In this document: one piece after another, positions 38,911 to 49,458 of the stretch
How positions within the stretch are numbered: position 1 is the stretch's first letter
Layout: the number at the start of each line of letters is the position of its first letter
Origin: Bacteroidia bacterium
Lineage (GTDB): Bacteria > Bacteroidota > Bacteroidia > JABEUT01
DNA length: 64,000 nt
Direction: 5' to 3'
NCBI GenBank assembly: GCA_052325425.1
Contig: JBKQUY010000102.1
Location: forward strand, 472 to 64,471
Translations under genes and position numbers: made by a program
The notes under the pieces: model-generated
Told to the model about the DNA's origin: nothing
Databases searched by the model: none
What the model saw: the letters and a program-made list of their open reading frames with translations, nothing else

Positions 38911-39101
38911 TATATCGCCCTTTCAGGGCCTTAATCTGAATAAAACTTCTATATCATAGGGCGGTGCCCTATGCTGGTGTATTTCGTCCTTTCAGGACTT
39001 GAAATGTTTCTGGCGCCCTGAAAGGGCAATATATATTAGCGAAGGGCATCGCCCTTCGTAAAAGCAAGCAAACATAACCTAAGCCCTGTAAGGGCGATAT
39101 A
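38911..39101. repeat. REP/BIME-like palindrome cluster (GCCCTGAAAGGGC family)
   Basis: Terminal IR TATATCGCCCTTTCAGGGC ... GCCCTGTAAGGGCGATATA with internal hairpins, between convergent genes. Confidence 0.8.
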
Positions 39102-39165
39102 GAATGATTATACTAAGGGGCATTTTATAATTCCTAATTTCTAATTCCCGGATTCCCAATTAAAA

Positions 39166-39819
39166 TCACCCCACCAAAATACTTTCCCCGAATTTCTTCG
39201 AGACATTTATCTTATCGCCTTTACCTACCTGTATAACCATTGAGCCATCGAAAGCTATTTTTTCAATTACTTTCAGCCTTGTGCCTATGCCAACGCCCAA
39301 TTTTTCAAGGTATTGAAGGAATTCCACCGAGGTATCTTTTACGGCTGCCACCTGGCACAATTTTCCCGGTTCAACTTCAATAAGCATAGTTTTATAGGTA
39401 GTTGCAATTTTACCATTAGCCTTGGGTATCGGGTCGCCATGCGGGTCATAGTCGGGATAGCCGAGGAATTTATCGAGCCTGTCGGCAAGTTCTTCATTAT
39501 GTATATGCTCTAATTGCTCAGCCATGCCATGTATTTCATCCCATCCATAGCCTAATTTTTCCAGGAGGAAGACCTCCCACAGCCGGTGCCTGCGGACAAC
39601 TTCTATAGCTGTTTTGGTTCCTTTATCGGTAAGTTTTGCCCCATTCTTTTTATCATAGCTTACCAGCTTTTTATCGCAGAGCTTTTTGAGCATGTCAACC
39701 ACTGAAGCAGGGTTGTTTTCCAGCACCTCGGCTATGGCTGTCGGGCTTATTTTGGCTGCACCTTCATGGCTAAGGCGGTAAATGGCCCTCAGGTAATTTT
39801 CTTCTGAAAATGTATGCAT
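39166..39819 (-). CDS. DtxR/MntR family metal-dependent regulator with FeoA domain
   Basis: SEENYLRAIY, RRHRLWEVFL, AEQLEH, DPHGDPIP; likely start ATG 39819. Confidence 0.93.
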   Translation of the reverse strand: MHTFSEENYLRAIYRLSHEGAAKISPTAIAEVLENNPASVVDMLKKLCDKKLVSYDKKNGAKLTDKGTKTAIEVVRRHRLWEVFLLEKLGYGWDEIHGMAEQLEHIHNEELADRLDKFLGYPDYDPHGDPIPKANGKIATTYKTMLIEVEPGKLCQVAAVKDTSVEFLQYLEKLGVGIGTRLKVIEKIAFDGSMVIQVGKGDKINVSKKFGESILVG

Positions 39820-39946
39820 GTTTTTAGATAGGCGATACAAATTTAAATTATCAATATTTAATAAAGGTGAATTTATATTCGCGAACACCTATAATAAATA
39901 ATTAGATAAGCGAGGCAAAGATAGTTTATTTATTCTAATTATTGAA

Positions 39947-39962
39947 ATTAGGCATACCTAAT
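39947..39962. promoter_or_regulatory. Candidate DtxR/MntR operator
   Basis: ATTAGG-CATA-CCTAAT palindrome between the divergent regulator and mntH; TATGTTTG promoter at 39994-40001. Confidence 0.7.
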
Positions 39963-40014
39963 AAAAATCATTAGCTATGTAAAATAAAAGTGTTATGTTT
40001 GCACAAATTTAATT

Positions 40015-41364
40015 GTGGTGACCCCTGAAAAAGAAGTCAAAATAGCGGCAAAGGCATGGCGGAAAGATAATGCGGAAAATTCACTGGCAGAGGTTTTCTC
40101 TACGGTAAAAGTTCCGACCAGCGGAAGTTTCTGGAGAAAGCTTTTGGCATTTTCCGGGCCGGGGCTTATGGTGGCAGTCGGTTATATGGATCCGGGTAAC
40201 TGGGCTACCGACATTGCCGGAGGGGCGCAGTTCGGCTATACATTATTATCCGTCATTTTTATTTCAAACGTTTTCGCAATCCTTTTACAGTACCTTGCCT
40301 TAAAATTGGGCATTGCGACTGAAAGAGACCTCGCCCAGGCCTGCCGGAACCATTTCAGCCCGGCGGTAAGCTTTTCTCTTTGGGTGCTTTGCGAAATAGC
40401 CATAGCGGCATGCGACCTTGCCGAGGTTATAGGCTCTGCCATTGCCCTGAATTTGTTATTTGGCCTGCCTTTAACCTGGGGAGTTGCCCTGACTGCCTTA
40501 GATGTCCTGGTGATTTTGTTTTTCCAGTATAAAGGCTTCCGTTTCATTGAAAGTGTGGTAGCATCGCTGATATGTGTAATAGTTGTTTCCTTCATTTTTG
40601 AAATGATAAAATCACGCCCCGAAATTTTCCCTATGCTGAGCGGCTTATTGCCAAAATCAGAAGTCGTGATGAACCCAGGCATGCTCTATATAGCTATAGG
40701 AATATTGGGCGCTACGGTAATGCCGCATAACCTCTATTTACATTCCAGCATAGTGCAGACACGTAATTATCCGCGTACCACAATGGGTAAAAAAATGGCT
40801 ATAAAGTTTGCCAGTATTGATAGTACCGTAGCCCTGTTTGCCGCATTCTTCATCAATGCTGCCATACTTATTGTTGCCGCAGCAAGTTTTCATACATCAG
40901 GGCATGAAAATGTGGCAGATATAATGGATGCCCACAAACTATTGGCTCCATTGCTTGGCACAACCATAGCGCCGTTTTTATTTGCGATTGCCCTGCTTGC
41001 CTCCGGTCAAAATTCAACACTTACGGGTACACTGGCAGGACAGATAGTGATGGAAGGCTTTTTGCATATACGATTAAAACCCTGGCTGAGAAGGTTGATA
41101 ACAAGGGCAATTGCCATAGTGCCCGCTTTAATTGTTACCATTATTTATGGGGCAAAAGGCACAGCAAACCTATTGGTATTAAGCCAGGTAATATTATCTA
41201 TGCAGTTGAGTTTTGCTGTAATACCATTGGTAATATTCACCAACAGTAAAATTAAAATGGGCTTGTTTGCCAATGGCCGCCCTATGAAAATTGTTGCATG
41301 GACTGCTTCAGGGATAATATTGGTTTTAAATGTGTATTTACTTTTCGATACATTTTTTAAATGA
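40015..41364 (+). CDS. mntH: Nramp divalent metal (Mn2+) transporter
   Basis: YMDPGNW, GATVMPHNLYLHS, GQNSTLTGTLAGQIVMEGF. Confidence 0.95.
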   Translation: MVTPEKEVKIAAKAWRKDNAENSLAEVFSTVKVPTSGSFWRKLLAFSGPGLMVAVGYMDPGNWATDIAGGAQFGYTLLSVIFISNVFAILLQYLALKLGIATERDLAQACRNHFSPAVSFSLWVLCEIAIAACDLAEVIGSAIALNLLFGLPLTWGVALTALDVLVILFFQYKGFRFIESVVASLICVIVVSFIFEMIKSRPEIFPMLSGLLPKSEVVMNPGMLYIAIGILGATVMPHNLYLHSSIVQTRNYPRTTMGKKMAIKFASIDSTVALFAAFFINAAILIVAAASFHTSGHENVADIMDAHKLLAPLLGTTIAPFLFAIALLASGQNSTLTGTLAGQIVMEGFLHIRLKPWLRRLITRAIAIVPALIVTIIYGAKGTANLLVLSQVILSMQLSFAVIPLVIFTNSKIKMGLFANGRPMKIVAWTASGIILVLNVYLLFDTFFK

Positions 41365-41465
41365 GGCATTAATACCCAGTTGTAAGTAGCAGGATACCAT
41401 GTATTAAGTATTGACTGCCGGGGTTAGCAATAAGTACTTTTGTGACGTCAATTTTTAATTAAACT

Positions 41466-44039
41466 ATGAAATTCAAACATCTCATCATTATAATATCCAG
41501 TATTGTTTCGGTTTATACAAATGGTCAAAATTCTTTGCATGGAAAAATTACTGATGCGCAAAGCGGGGAAACTATACCCGGGGCTGTTATTTACTTGCCT
41601 GAACTTAAAGTAGGCACATCCAGCGATTCAACCGGAAAATATTACATATCATCCTTACCCAGAGGTTCTTATGAAGTAGAAGTAAGGCTTTTAAGTTATG
41701 CTACAGCCGTTAAGCAAGTTACCATAAATGGGTCAACCGGCCTGAATTTTTCATTGACTGCTTCCTCGGCTTCTTCAAAAGAAGTGGTAATTACAGCTCT
41801 TGGCAATGTAACCAACACATTACGTTCTCCTACGCCCGTTACTGTAGTTACTCATGAAATGTTTCTCCAGGAATCTTCAACCAATGTGGTTGACGCCATA
41901 GCCACTCAACCGGGTATTACGGCCATTACAACAGGCCCGGGTGTTTCCAAACCCGAAATAAACGGACTTGGATATAACCGTGTGCTAACACTTTTTGACG
42001 GGGTAAGGCAGGAAGAGTTCCAATGGGGTGATGAGCATGGTGTATTGATTGACCCTTATGCAGTAAATGATGCTGAGATTATCAGGGGTCCTGCTTCACT
42101 TCAATTTGGCGCTAATGCCGTGGCCGGGGTAGTTAACTTCAAATCGGGAGCCTTCACGGAAAACGGAACTATACAAGGCAGTGTAACTACAGAATATCAA
42201 ACCAATAACGGACTGATTGGAAACTCTGAAGATATTGGCGGGAATAATAATGGTTTTGTATGGGATTTAAGGGCAAGTTCAGAGGGAGCTCACTGTTATT
42301 GGGACCCTAAGGACGGGTATGTGTGGGGCACCGCTTTTAATCAGGATAACATAAAGGCAACCATTGGGCTGAACAGGGAATGGGGCTATACCCGTTTGAT
42401 GGTAAGCTTTCTGCACAAGCAAATTGAGATTCCCGATGGAAACCGCGACAGCGCTACCGGGCAATTTGAATTCGATACTCCCCAGGGTAATCCGCAATAT
42501 TATACAAGCGTAGCATTAAAAGGGCAATTAATACCCGGTACAGGCCAGGTATACCCGAACACAGCTAATTACATGTCTTATAATCCCGATATATCAAGCT
42601 ACCAGGTTTTAGACCATTATGTAATTTCATGGCAAAACAGCATTAATGTTGGCAAAGGAAGAATCTTAGCAGATATTGGTTATACACAGAGCCACCGCCA
42701 GGAAATAGATACCGGGGTTGTTCCCGAAGAAAATATGTATGTGAATGATATTCCTTACTCCATCAAATACCAGGTAAAAGGAGATACTTCAGGCCTTAAA
42801 TTTACCGGCGGCTTCAACGGAATGTATGAATCCATGCAAAATGGCACTGAACCCGTATATCCTTATATTGGTGATTTTGAAATACCCAATTACAATCTTT
42901 TTGATATAGGCGGATTTGCCATCCTGGAAAAGGATTATAAAAATCTTACCCTGAGCGGTGGATTGCGTTATGATTCAAGAGTTATGGCAGGGCAATCCAT
43001 GTACCTGGCCAATTATTTCACTTCAAGCCAGGAAATAGTCCCAGAAGGAACACCGGGAGCTTTTTCACAGTTTCTTCCGTTTAACCATACATATACAGGA
43101 TTTTCAGGAAGTATTGGTGCAACTTACCAACTGCCCCAAAATTCATATATAAAAATAAACCTGGTGAGAAGTTTCCGCGCACCTGCCATAAATGAATTAA
43201 CAAGCAATGAGGTTAACCCCGGAGGCGACCTGTATGAATTAGGTGACAGGAATCTTAAACCGGAAGAAGGATACCAGGGGGATATTGCGATTGGAAATAA
43301 TGGCAGAGACGTTAATTTTGAAGTAGATGGTTTTTACAACTATATAAACAACTTCATATTTTCGGACCGGTTGACCAATATTCACGGGGGAGATACAACT
43401 GCTTTAGGGAAATCTATTTTTCAATATAAAGCCAATACTGCCATTATAACCGGTGTTGCCGCGTATTTTAATATACACCCTGCCGATACCAAATGGATTG
43501 AAATAGATAACGGGTTTACATATACCTATTCCTACATGCTAAATCGAACCGATTCAACCCGTTATGTACCATGGACACCTGCTCCCCGTTTGACTTCTGA
43601 AGTTAAGTTTAAATTAAAAACCAGTAACCATCGGATATTAACTGATACATATTTTAAATTTGGATTGGCAAAGTACTGGGCGCAAAATGACATTTACAGC
43701 GCCTATTGGACAGAGTTGCCTTCCCAGGCATATACTTTATATAATTTAGGGTTAGGAACGAATTTTGCTGACCCTAAAACTTCAAGATTGATATGCTCGC
43801 TCTATTTTAATATAACTAACCTTATGAACATTGCTTATGCTGACCATACAGCCCGCACACAGTACTTTTGGGCATATAACAGCACCTCTAATCCTACCAA
43901 TTATGGTAAATCTCCTGCTATTGTTACAGAACCCAACCAGGGTATTTATAACATGGGAAGAAATGTAGGCTTTAAACTTGTTTTCCCTGTAGGAGGGCAT
44001 AAAACAATGAATGCGGAAAATAGTTCAGCAGAAAATTAA
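41466..44039 (+). CDS. TonB-dependent receptor (metal-uptake context)
   Basis: CarboxypepD_reg-like N-domain; SKPEINGLGYNRV, QWGDEHG, IIRGPASLQFG; MGRNV near the C-end. Confidence 0.9.
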   Translation: MKFKHLIIIISSIVSVYTNGQNSLHGKITDAQSGETIPGAVIYLPELKVGTSSDSTGKYYISSLPRGSYEVEVRLLSYATAVKQVTINGSTGLNFSLTASSASSKEVVITALGNVTNTLRSPTPVTVVTHEMFLQESSTNVVDAIATQPGITAITTGPGVSKPEINGLGYNRVLTLFDGVRQEEFQWGDEHGVLIDPYAVNDAEIIRGPASLQFGANAVAGVVNFKSGAFTENGTIQGSVTTEYQTNNGLIGNSEDIGGNNNGFVWDLRASSEGAHCYWDPKDGYVWGTAFNQDNIKATIGLNREWGYTRLMVSFLHKQIEIPDGNRDSATGQFEFDTPQGNPQYYTSVALKGQLIPGTGQVYPNTANYMSYNPDISSYQVLDHYVISWQNSINVGKGRILADIGYTQSHRQEIDTGVVPEENMYVNDIPYSIKYQVKGDTSGLKFTGGFNGMYESMQNGTEPVYPYIGDFEIPNYNLFDIGGFAILEKDYKNLTLSGGLRYDSRVMAGQSMYLANYFTSSQEIVPEGTPGAFSQFLPFNHTYTGFSGSIGATYQLPQNSYIKINLVRSFRAPAINELTSNEVNPGGDLYELGDRNLKPEEGYQGDIAIGNNGRDVNFEVDGFYNYINNFIFSDRLTNIHGGDTTALGKSIFQYKANTAIITGVAAYFNIHPADTKWIEIDNGFTYTYSYMLNRTDSTRYVPWTPAPRLTSEVKFKLKTSNHRILTDTYFKFGLAKYWAQNDIYSAYWTELPSQAYTLYNLGLGTNFADPKTSRLICSLYFNITNLMNIAYADHTARTQYFWAYNSTSNPTNYGKSPAIVTEPNQGIYNMGRNVGFKLVFPVGGHKTMNAENSSAEN

Positions 44040-44241
44040 CATCAATCTAAAGTTAAAAAAGGAAAAATTAAAATTGGTTTTTAATTAAATGTTTTACCTT
44101 TGCCGCCGAAATCAATTTTTTATATCCAAAATGGATAGTGGGCCTTATAGTAAAATAATTTTTTATATCTCCTTCTGATAGGCGGGGCAGCTCTTTTAAG
44201 CTTTCCGCTCCGGTTGGGAAACAGTGAAAAAAGCTTAAGAG

Positions 44242-45606
44242 ATGCAGGTAACAAAACAAATAATACTTATTGTACTTTTTTTCACCTCATTTCTGTGGGT
44301 TAAAGCTACCTCCGCTTCTCCCAATGATTCCCTGAAGAAAGATACCGGCAGTGGCTGGACTTTTCACTTTCAGCTTACTACTATAGGGCAGTATCACGGT
44401 AAATTTAATGCGCCTTATTCCGGTAAAAACAGCCTGCTCGATACCGCTGAACAGGACATGTCAGTTACTTCAACCCTGTTTCTCGGGAGAAGGTTGTGGA
44501 AGTATGCTGCCGTGTATTTTAACCCTGAAATATCAGGCGGGAAAGGGTTTAGCGGAACTACAGGCATAGCAGGTTTCCCGAATGGGGAAATATACAGGGT
44601 AGGTAATCCGACCACGGAACCATATATTGCACGTGCTTATTTTCAGCAGTCGTTTGCATTGCAAGGCAGTCATGACCCCAATATCCCTGATGATGTTAAC
44701 CAGGTGAACCAGCCTTTACCCGATAAAAGAATCACTATCAGCATTGGTAAATTTTCTCTTGCCGATTTTTATGATGCCAATGCTTATTCGCATGATGCCC
44801 GCAACCAGTTTATGAATTGGGTGCTTATGGATAACGGAGCATGGGATTACCCTGCCAACACCCGTGGTTATACGTATTCATGCGTCGCGCAGGTAATTAC
44901 ACCCAAGTGGTATCTCACCTTATCAGATGCCTTGGAACCACTTGTAGCCAATGGCCCCAATATGGATTGGGATGTTTCAAAATCATTTGGTATTACAGCA
45001 GAAACAGGTTATAATTATAAAGTTAATGACAGGGATGGCGGATTTAGTGTCCTGCTCTACCTTAACCAGAACAGGGCTGGAAATTATGGAAATGCTATTG
45101 CCAACTATGAAGCCACCGGTAACCCTGATGCATTATTGCATCTTGATTCTCTTAGCGCGTATAACGGGAATAAAAAATATGGGATTGGCCTGAGCTGGAA
45201 CCACCCCATTGGAAAATATATTGGCATTTTTATGAGGGCAGGCTGGAATAACGGACAAACAGCTACATGGGCATTTACACCCGTTGACCAGACTTTTACA
45301 CCCGGCATCAGCATTAATGGAAACCTATGGCATAGAAAAAATGATACCTATGGAGCAGCCATAATCATTAACGGCATATCAAAAATACACCAGGAATATT
45401 TGAACGACGGCGGAGTTGATTTTATGATTGGCGATGGTAAATTACCAGACTACGCTCCCGAAGAAATTTTTGAGACGTATTACAATGTTTTGCTTTTTGA
45501 ACACCTGTATGTTGCACTTGACTACCAATATGTGCAAAACCCTGCATATAATACCGACAGGGGGCCGGTAAGCATAGGCGCACTGAGGGTGCATGTTGAG
45601 TTCTAA
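44242..45606 (+). CDS. OprB-family porin (MnoP-like high-affinity Mn2+ porin)
   Basis: FNAPYSGKNSL, YFNPEISGGKG, GFPNGE, HDARNQFMNW, NPAYNTDRGPV, terminal F. Confidence 0.85.
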   Translation: MQVTKQIILIVLFFTSFLWVKATSASPNDSLKKDTGSGWTFHFQLTTIGQYHGKFNAPYSGKNSLLDTAEQDMSVTSTLFLGRRLWKYAAVYFNPEISGGKGFSGTTGIAGFPNGEIYRVGNPTTEPYIARAYFQQSFALQGSHDPNIPDDVNQVNQPLPDKRITISIGKFSLADFYDANAYSHDARNQFMNWVLMDNGAWDYPANTRGYTYSCVAQVITPKWYLTLSDALEPLVANGPNMDWDVSKSFGITAETGYNYKVNDRDGGFSVLLYLNQNRAGNYGNAIANYEATGNPDALLHLDSLSAYNGNKKYGIGLSWNHPIGKYIGIFMRAGWNNGQTATWAFTPVDQTFTPGISINGNLWHRKNDTYGAAIIINGISKIHQEYLNDGGVDFMIGDGKLPDYAPEEIFETYYNVLLFEHLYVALDYQYVQNPAYNTDRGPVSIGALRVHVEF

Positions 45607-45698
45607 GTTTATAAAGTCCATAAAGTTTGTAAAGTTTAAAACGAAATGTCTTCATACTTTTACTTTATGAACTTTAAAAACTTTACGAACTTTACAAC
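45605..45698. repeat. Inverted arrays of 9-bp tandem repeats
   Basis: (AAAGTTTRT)-like x4 followed by complementary (ACTTTAYRA)-like x4-5. Confidence 0.75.
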
Positions 45699-45707
45699 TC
45701 ATGGTAC

Positions 45708-46115
45708 ATGGTAATACTATTTGACGGTGTTTGCAATTTATGTAATGGTTTTGTCCGCTTTGTATTAAAGCGTGACAAAAGCAAAATATTTCAATTCGCT
45801 TCGCTTCAATCTGAATATGGCATGGGGCTTTCAGCACATTTCAATTTACCAACAGCAGAATTTGAAACCGTAGTATTATATGATGGAAAAAGAATTCTTG
45901 CTGAATCTGATGCTGTCATCAAAATAATATGGTCATTGGGCGGTATATGGAAAAGCATAATTGTTTGTTACCTGGCGCCGCGCTTTATTCGCAATGGCCT
46001 CTATAACTTCATTGCCAAAAAAAGGTATAATCTTTTTGGCAAAAGAGGCCAATGTATGATTCCAGGTAATGATGTAAAAGACAGGTTTCTTGACAGCACG
46101 GTATTTATCCGGTAA
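45708..46115 (+). CDS. DCC1-like thiol-disulfide oxidoreductase (YuxK/DUF393)
   Basis: ILFDGVCNLCNGFV, FASLQS, RYNLFGKRGQC. Confidence 0.92.
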   Translation: MVILFDGVCNLCNGFVRFVLKRDKSKIFQFASLQSEYGMGLSAHFNLPTAEFETVVLYDGKRILAESDAVIKIIWSLGGIWKSIIVCYLAPRFIRNGLYNFIAKKRYNLFGKRGQCMIPGNDVKDRFLDSTVFIR

Positions 46116-46271
46116 ACGCAATTATTCCCATTCCTTATACTTCGTTTTGTGACCCTCAAATATTTTCAACTATTTATTTATTATAATTTAAATAAAATGT
46201 TTATATTTGCTGTGAATAAACCATAGGTTTATTCAGGTTAAGAACTAATAATTAAGAATGAAGAATAAAAA

Positions 46272-46380
46272 ACTTTGCGGGCTGTTTGCTTTGCGTTCTT
46301 TGCGGTTAAAGTTGTATTTGAAGCACTTCGACTGCGCCTTCGCGAAGCGCTATGGCGAGCAAAGCAGGCTCAGTGTGACA
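46272..46380. repeat. Composite intergenic short-repeat/REP cluster
   Basis: CTTTGCG repeats ending GCGGTTAAA; CTTCGACTGCGC...CTCAGTGTGACA split by a second palindrome. Confidence 0.6.
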
Positions 46381-46665
46381 AAAATAAATTTGGCGGTAAA
46401 AAGGGTTATTTTACCCCACCGCCATTTTTTTAAAACCTATGTATTGCAATTGCAGAGAGGGTTTAAAAGGAAATTGGAGGAAATAAATACATCTTTTTTC
46501 CCCGCTATCCACCGCCACACACCGCCAGAATTAATTACGGATTAAAAATTACGAATCATGAGCAACTATAAGCATTAAGTATTAAACGAATAATCAGGAA
46601 TAATTTGACCACTAAATTCTGACAACTGACTAATTAGTAATTTTACAACTTCAAAACAAGGATTC

Positions 46666-47583
46666 ATGACAAGCGAGGGCCATCAGGGACATCATCACCA
46701 CAACCATCACCATCACGATGGCTTAACCGCGCTTAGCAAAGCCCTTGTAGCAGGCATAATATTGAATACAGCTTTTGTAATTATTGAGGTTGCCGCGGGT
46801 TTATGGGTTAATTCCCTGGCCCTGCTTACCGATGCGGGGCACAACCTGGGCGATGTGGCTTCTTTAATCCTGATAATCATAGCAGGTATACTTGCAAGAC
46901 GTAAACCCAATCATGAATACACTTACGGTTATGCTAAAACAACCATTCTTGCCGCGCTGGTTAACGCGGCAATGCTCCTGGTCGCAGTTGGCGCAATTGG
47001 CTGGGAAGCCATTGGCAGGCTTGCCCATCCGAGCCCTGTACAGGGGAATATCGTCTCATTAGTCGCCCTGGCCGGCATCATTATTAACGCCGCTACTGCT
47101 TTTCTTTTCATGAAGGACAGGAAGAAAGACCTGAACAGCAGGGCTGTATTTTTGCACATGGCCTCTGACGCCCTTGTGGCCGTGGGTGTGTTGATTTCGG
47201 GCATTATCATTATTTATACCCACTGGTATTGGCTCGATTCGGTTGTCAGTTTACTGATTATTGTCATAATTGTCTGGGGCACATGGGGGCTTCTGAAAGA
47301 TTCTCTGCGTCTGTCACTCGATGGCGTCCCCACCGGAATAAAGGTCCATGAAATACGCGATTATCTTTTAAACCTTAAAGGTGTGAGCGGCCTTCATGAT
47401 TTGCATGTATGGGCCATGAGTACAAATGCTACTGCTTTAACTGTCCACCTGGTTATTCACAGCGGGGCAGATGATTCATTCCTGGTTAAGCTGAGTGATG
47501 AGTTGCATGAGAAATTTAACATTGACCATACCACTATACAGGTTGAAAAATCTACTGATGAAGAATGTGAACAACGGTGTTAA
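46666..47583 (+). CDS. Cation diffusion facilitator (CzcD/ZitB-like)
   Basis: His-rich N-terminus; SLALLTDAGHNLGD; LHMASD; HDLHVW; HTTIQVE. Confidence 0.93.
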   Translation: MTSEGHQGHHHHNHHHHDGLTALSKALVAGIILNTAFVIIEVAAGLWVNSLALLTDAGHNLGDVASLILIIIAGILARRKPNHEYTYGYAKTTILAALVNAAMLLVAVGAIGWEAIGRLAHPSPVQGNIVSLVALAGIIINAATAFLFMKDRKKDLNSRAVFLHMASDALVAVGVLISGIIIIYTHWYWLDSVVSLLIIVIIVWGTWGLLKDSLRLSLDGVPTGIKVHEIRDYLLNLKGVSGLHDLHVWAMSTNATALTVHLVIHSGADDSFLVKLSDELHEKFNIDHTTIQVEKSTDEECEQRC

Positions 47584-47647
47584 GTAAAACGATATTCATT
47601 TAGCCTTTATTTTTCTACTTTTGTCCGCCGTAATGATTTAGAAATTT

Positions 47648-48367
47648 ATGAAACTCGATATACTTGCTTTTGGCGCCCATCCCGATGATATAGAACTTTC
47701 TTGCTCCGGTACGCTTATAAAGGCAGTAAAAGCCGGTAAAAAAGTTGGTATAGTTGACCTCACCGAAGGACAATTAGGTACCCGTGGCAATGCAGAACTA
47801 AGGCTGAAAGAATCCGCAGCGGCAGCTAAGATTATCGGCGCATCTGCCAGGGATAACCTCGGAATGATGGATGGCTATTTTAAGAATGACGGGGAGAGCA
47901 GGATTAAGCTTATACAGAAAATACGGCAATATTGCCCTGATATAGTTATTGCCAATGCTCCTTCCGACAGGCACCCTGACCATGGCCGGGCATCGGAAAT
48001 GGTTACAGAAGCCTGTTTTTATGCCGGCCTGGTTAAGATTGAAACTGAATGGGAAGGAAAGAAACAGCAAGCTTTCAGGCCGGGCAGGATATTCTATTAT
48101 ATGCAGCACCTCAGCTACGACCCTGCTTTCCTGGTTGATATAAGCGATGAATTTGAAAAGAAAATAGAATCTATTAAAGCATTCGGTTCGCAATTCCACA
48201 ACCCTGAGTCAAAAGAGCCTGAGACAGTACTCTCATCTCCCCGCTACCTTGAACATATAAGGGAAAGGGCTTCTAATCTTGGTTACATAATAGGAGTAAA
48301 GTATGCAGAGGGTTTTATGGTTCAACGCAAAATTTTTGGAGTCAATAATATTTTTGAGATTTTATGA
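47648..48367 (+). CDS. bshB1: Bacillithiol biosynthesis deacetylase (PIG-L family)
   Basis: [31 protein letters not shown]. Confidence 0.88.
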   Translation: MKLDILAFGAHPDDIELSCSGTLIKAVKAGKKVGIVDLTEGQLGTRGNAELRLKESAAAAKIIGASARDNLGMMDGYFKNDGESRIKLIQKIRQYCPDIVIANAPSDRHPDHGRASEMVTEACFYAGLVKIETEWEGKKQQAFRPGRIFYYMQHLSYDPAFLVDISDEFEKKIESIKAFGSQFHNPESKEPETVLSSPRYLEHIRERASNLGYIIGVKYAEGFMVQRKIFGVNNIFEIL

Positions 48368-49458
48368 TAAAAACAACAGCGCTTACGCCTAAGCATATTG
48401 CACTGGGGGCAAAAATGGTTGAATTTGCGGGATATAATATGCCTGTGTCTTATACAGGCCTTAATGATGAACATAATACGGTTCGCAATGCGGCGGGAAT
48501 GTTTGATGTATCGCATATGGGGGAATTTTATATTGAAGGCAAAGGCGCGTTGCCGCTGATTCAGAAAGTAACAAGCAATGATGCTTCGGTACTTGTTCCG
48601 GGCAAAGTACAATACTCCTGCCTGCCTAATGACAAGGGTGGTATTGTAGATGACCTGCTTGTTTACAAGATAAGCGATGAGAAATACCTATTGGTAGTGA
48701 ATGCCTCCAACATGGAAAAGGACTGGAACTGGATTTCATCACACAATGATACAGGGGCGATAATGAAAAATGCTTCCGGTGAAACTTCTTTGCTGGCAAT
48801 TCAGGGGCCTAAAGCTACCGCAATATTGAGTAAACTTACCCCTGTTGATTTGGCTAAGATTCCTTACTACAGTTTTACTATTGGTAAATTTTGCGGAATT
48901 GATAATGTGATTATTTCCAATACGGGCTATACAGGAGCGGGTGGTTTTGAAATCTATTGCAAAAACGAAGATGCCGGTAAAATTTGGGATGCAATTATGG
49001 AAGCCGGCAAAGCAGATGGCTTAAAACATATCGGCCTTGGCGCACGCGACACATTAAGGCTCGAAATGGCTTTTTGCCTCTATGGCAACGATATAGACGA
49101 TACCACATCGCCCATAGAAGCCGGCCTTGGCTGGATAACAAAGTTCAATAAGGAGTTTACCAATTCCAAAGCATTGCTGGAACAAAAACAGAACGGAGTA
49201 AAACGGAAGCTGGCAGGGTTTACCATGATTGATAAGGGCATACCGCGTCATGGTTATGAAATAACAGATGCACAGGGAAATACTGTCGGGGTAGTTACTT
49301 CAGGTACCCAATCGCCCACCTTGCAGCAGGCAATAGGCTTGGGTTATGTTAAAACTGAACTGTCTAAGCCCGGTACCGAAATATATATCAAGATACGCGA
49401 TAAACTGATAAAAGCTGTTGTGGTAACGACTCCATTTTATAAACCCGCGAAAGCATGA
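48364..49458 (+). CDS. gcvT: Glycine cleavage system aminomethyltransferase T
   Basis: [31 protein letters not shown]. Confidence 0.96.
   Translation: MIKTTALTPKHIALGAKMVEFAGYNMPVSYTGLNDEHNTVRNAAGMFDVSHMGEFYIEGKGALPLIQKVTSNDASVLVPGKVQYSCLPNDKGGIVDDLLVYKISDEKYLLVVNASNMEKDWNWISSHNDTGAIMKNASGETSLLAIQGPKATAILSKLTPVDLAKIPYYSFTIGKFCGIDNVIISNTGYTGAGGFEIYCKNEDAGKIWDAIMEAGKADGLKHIGLGARDTLRLEMAFCLYGNDIDDTTSPIEAGLGWITKFNKEFTNSKALLEQKQNGVKRKLAGFTMIDKGIPRHGYEITDAQGNTVGVVTSGTQSPTLQQAIGLGYVKTELSKPGTEIYIKIRDKLIKAVVVTTPFYKPAKA

Noticed and set aside
44095-44241. Known riboswitch (cobalamin, NiCo, yybP-ykoY, SAM-I)
   Set aside because: Only short motif-like fragments (e.g. GGGAAACAGTGAAA); the full consensus architecture is absent, so it is kept only as an unassigned candidate
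46258-46545. 95-aa ORF
   Set aside because: Built from repeat units and spans a terminator-like hairpin
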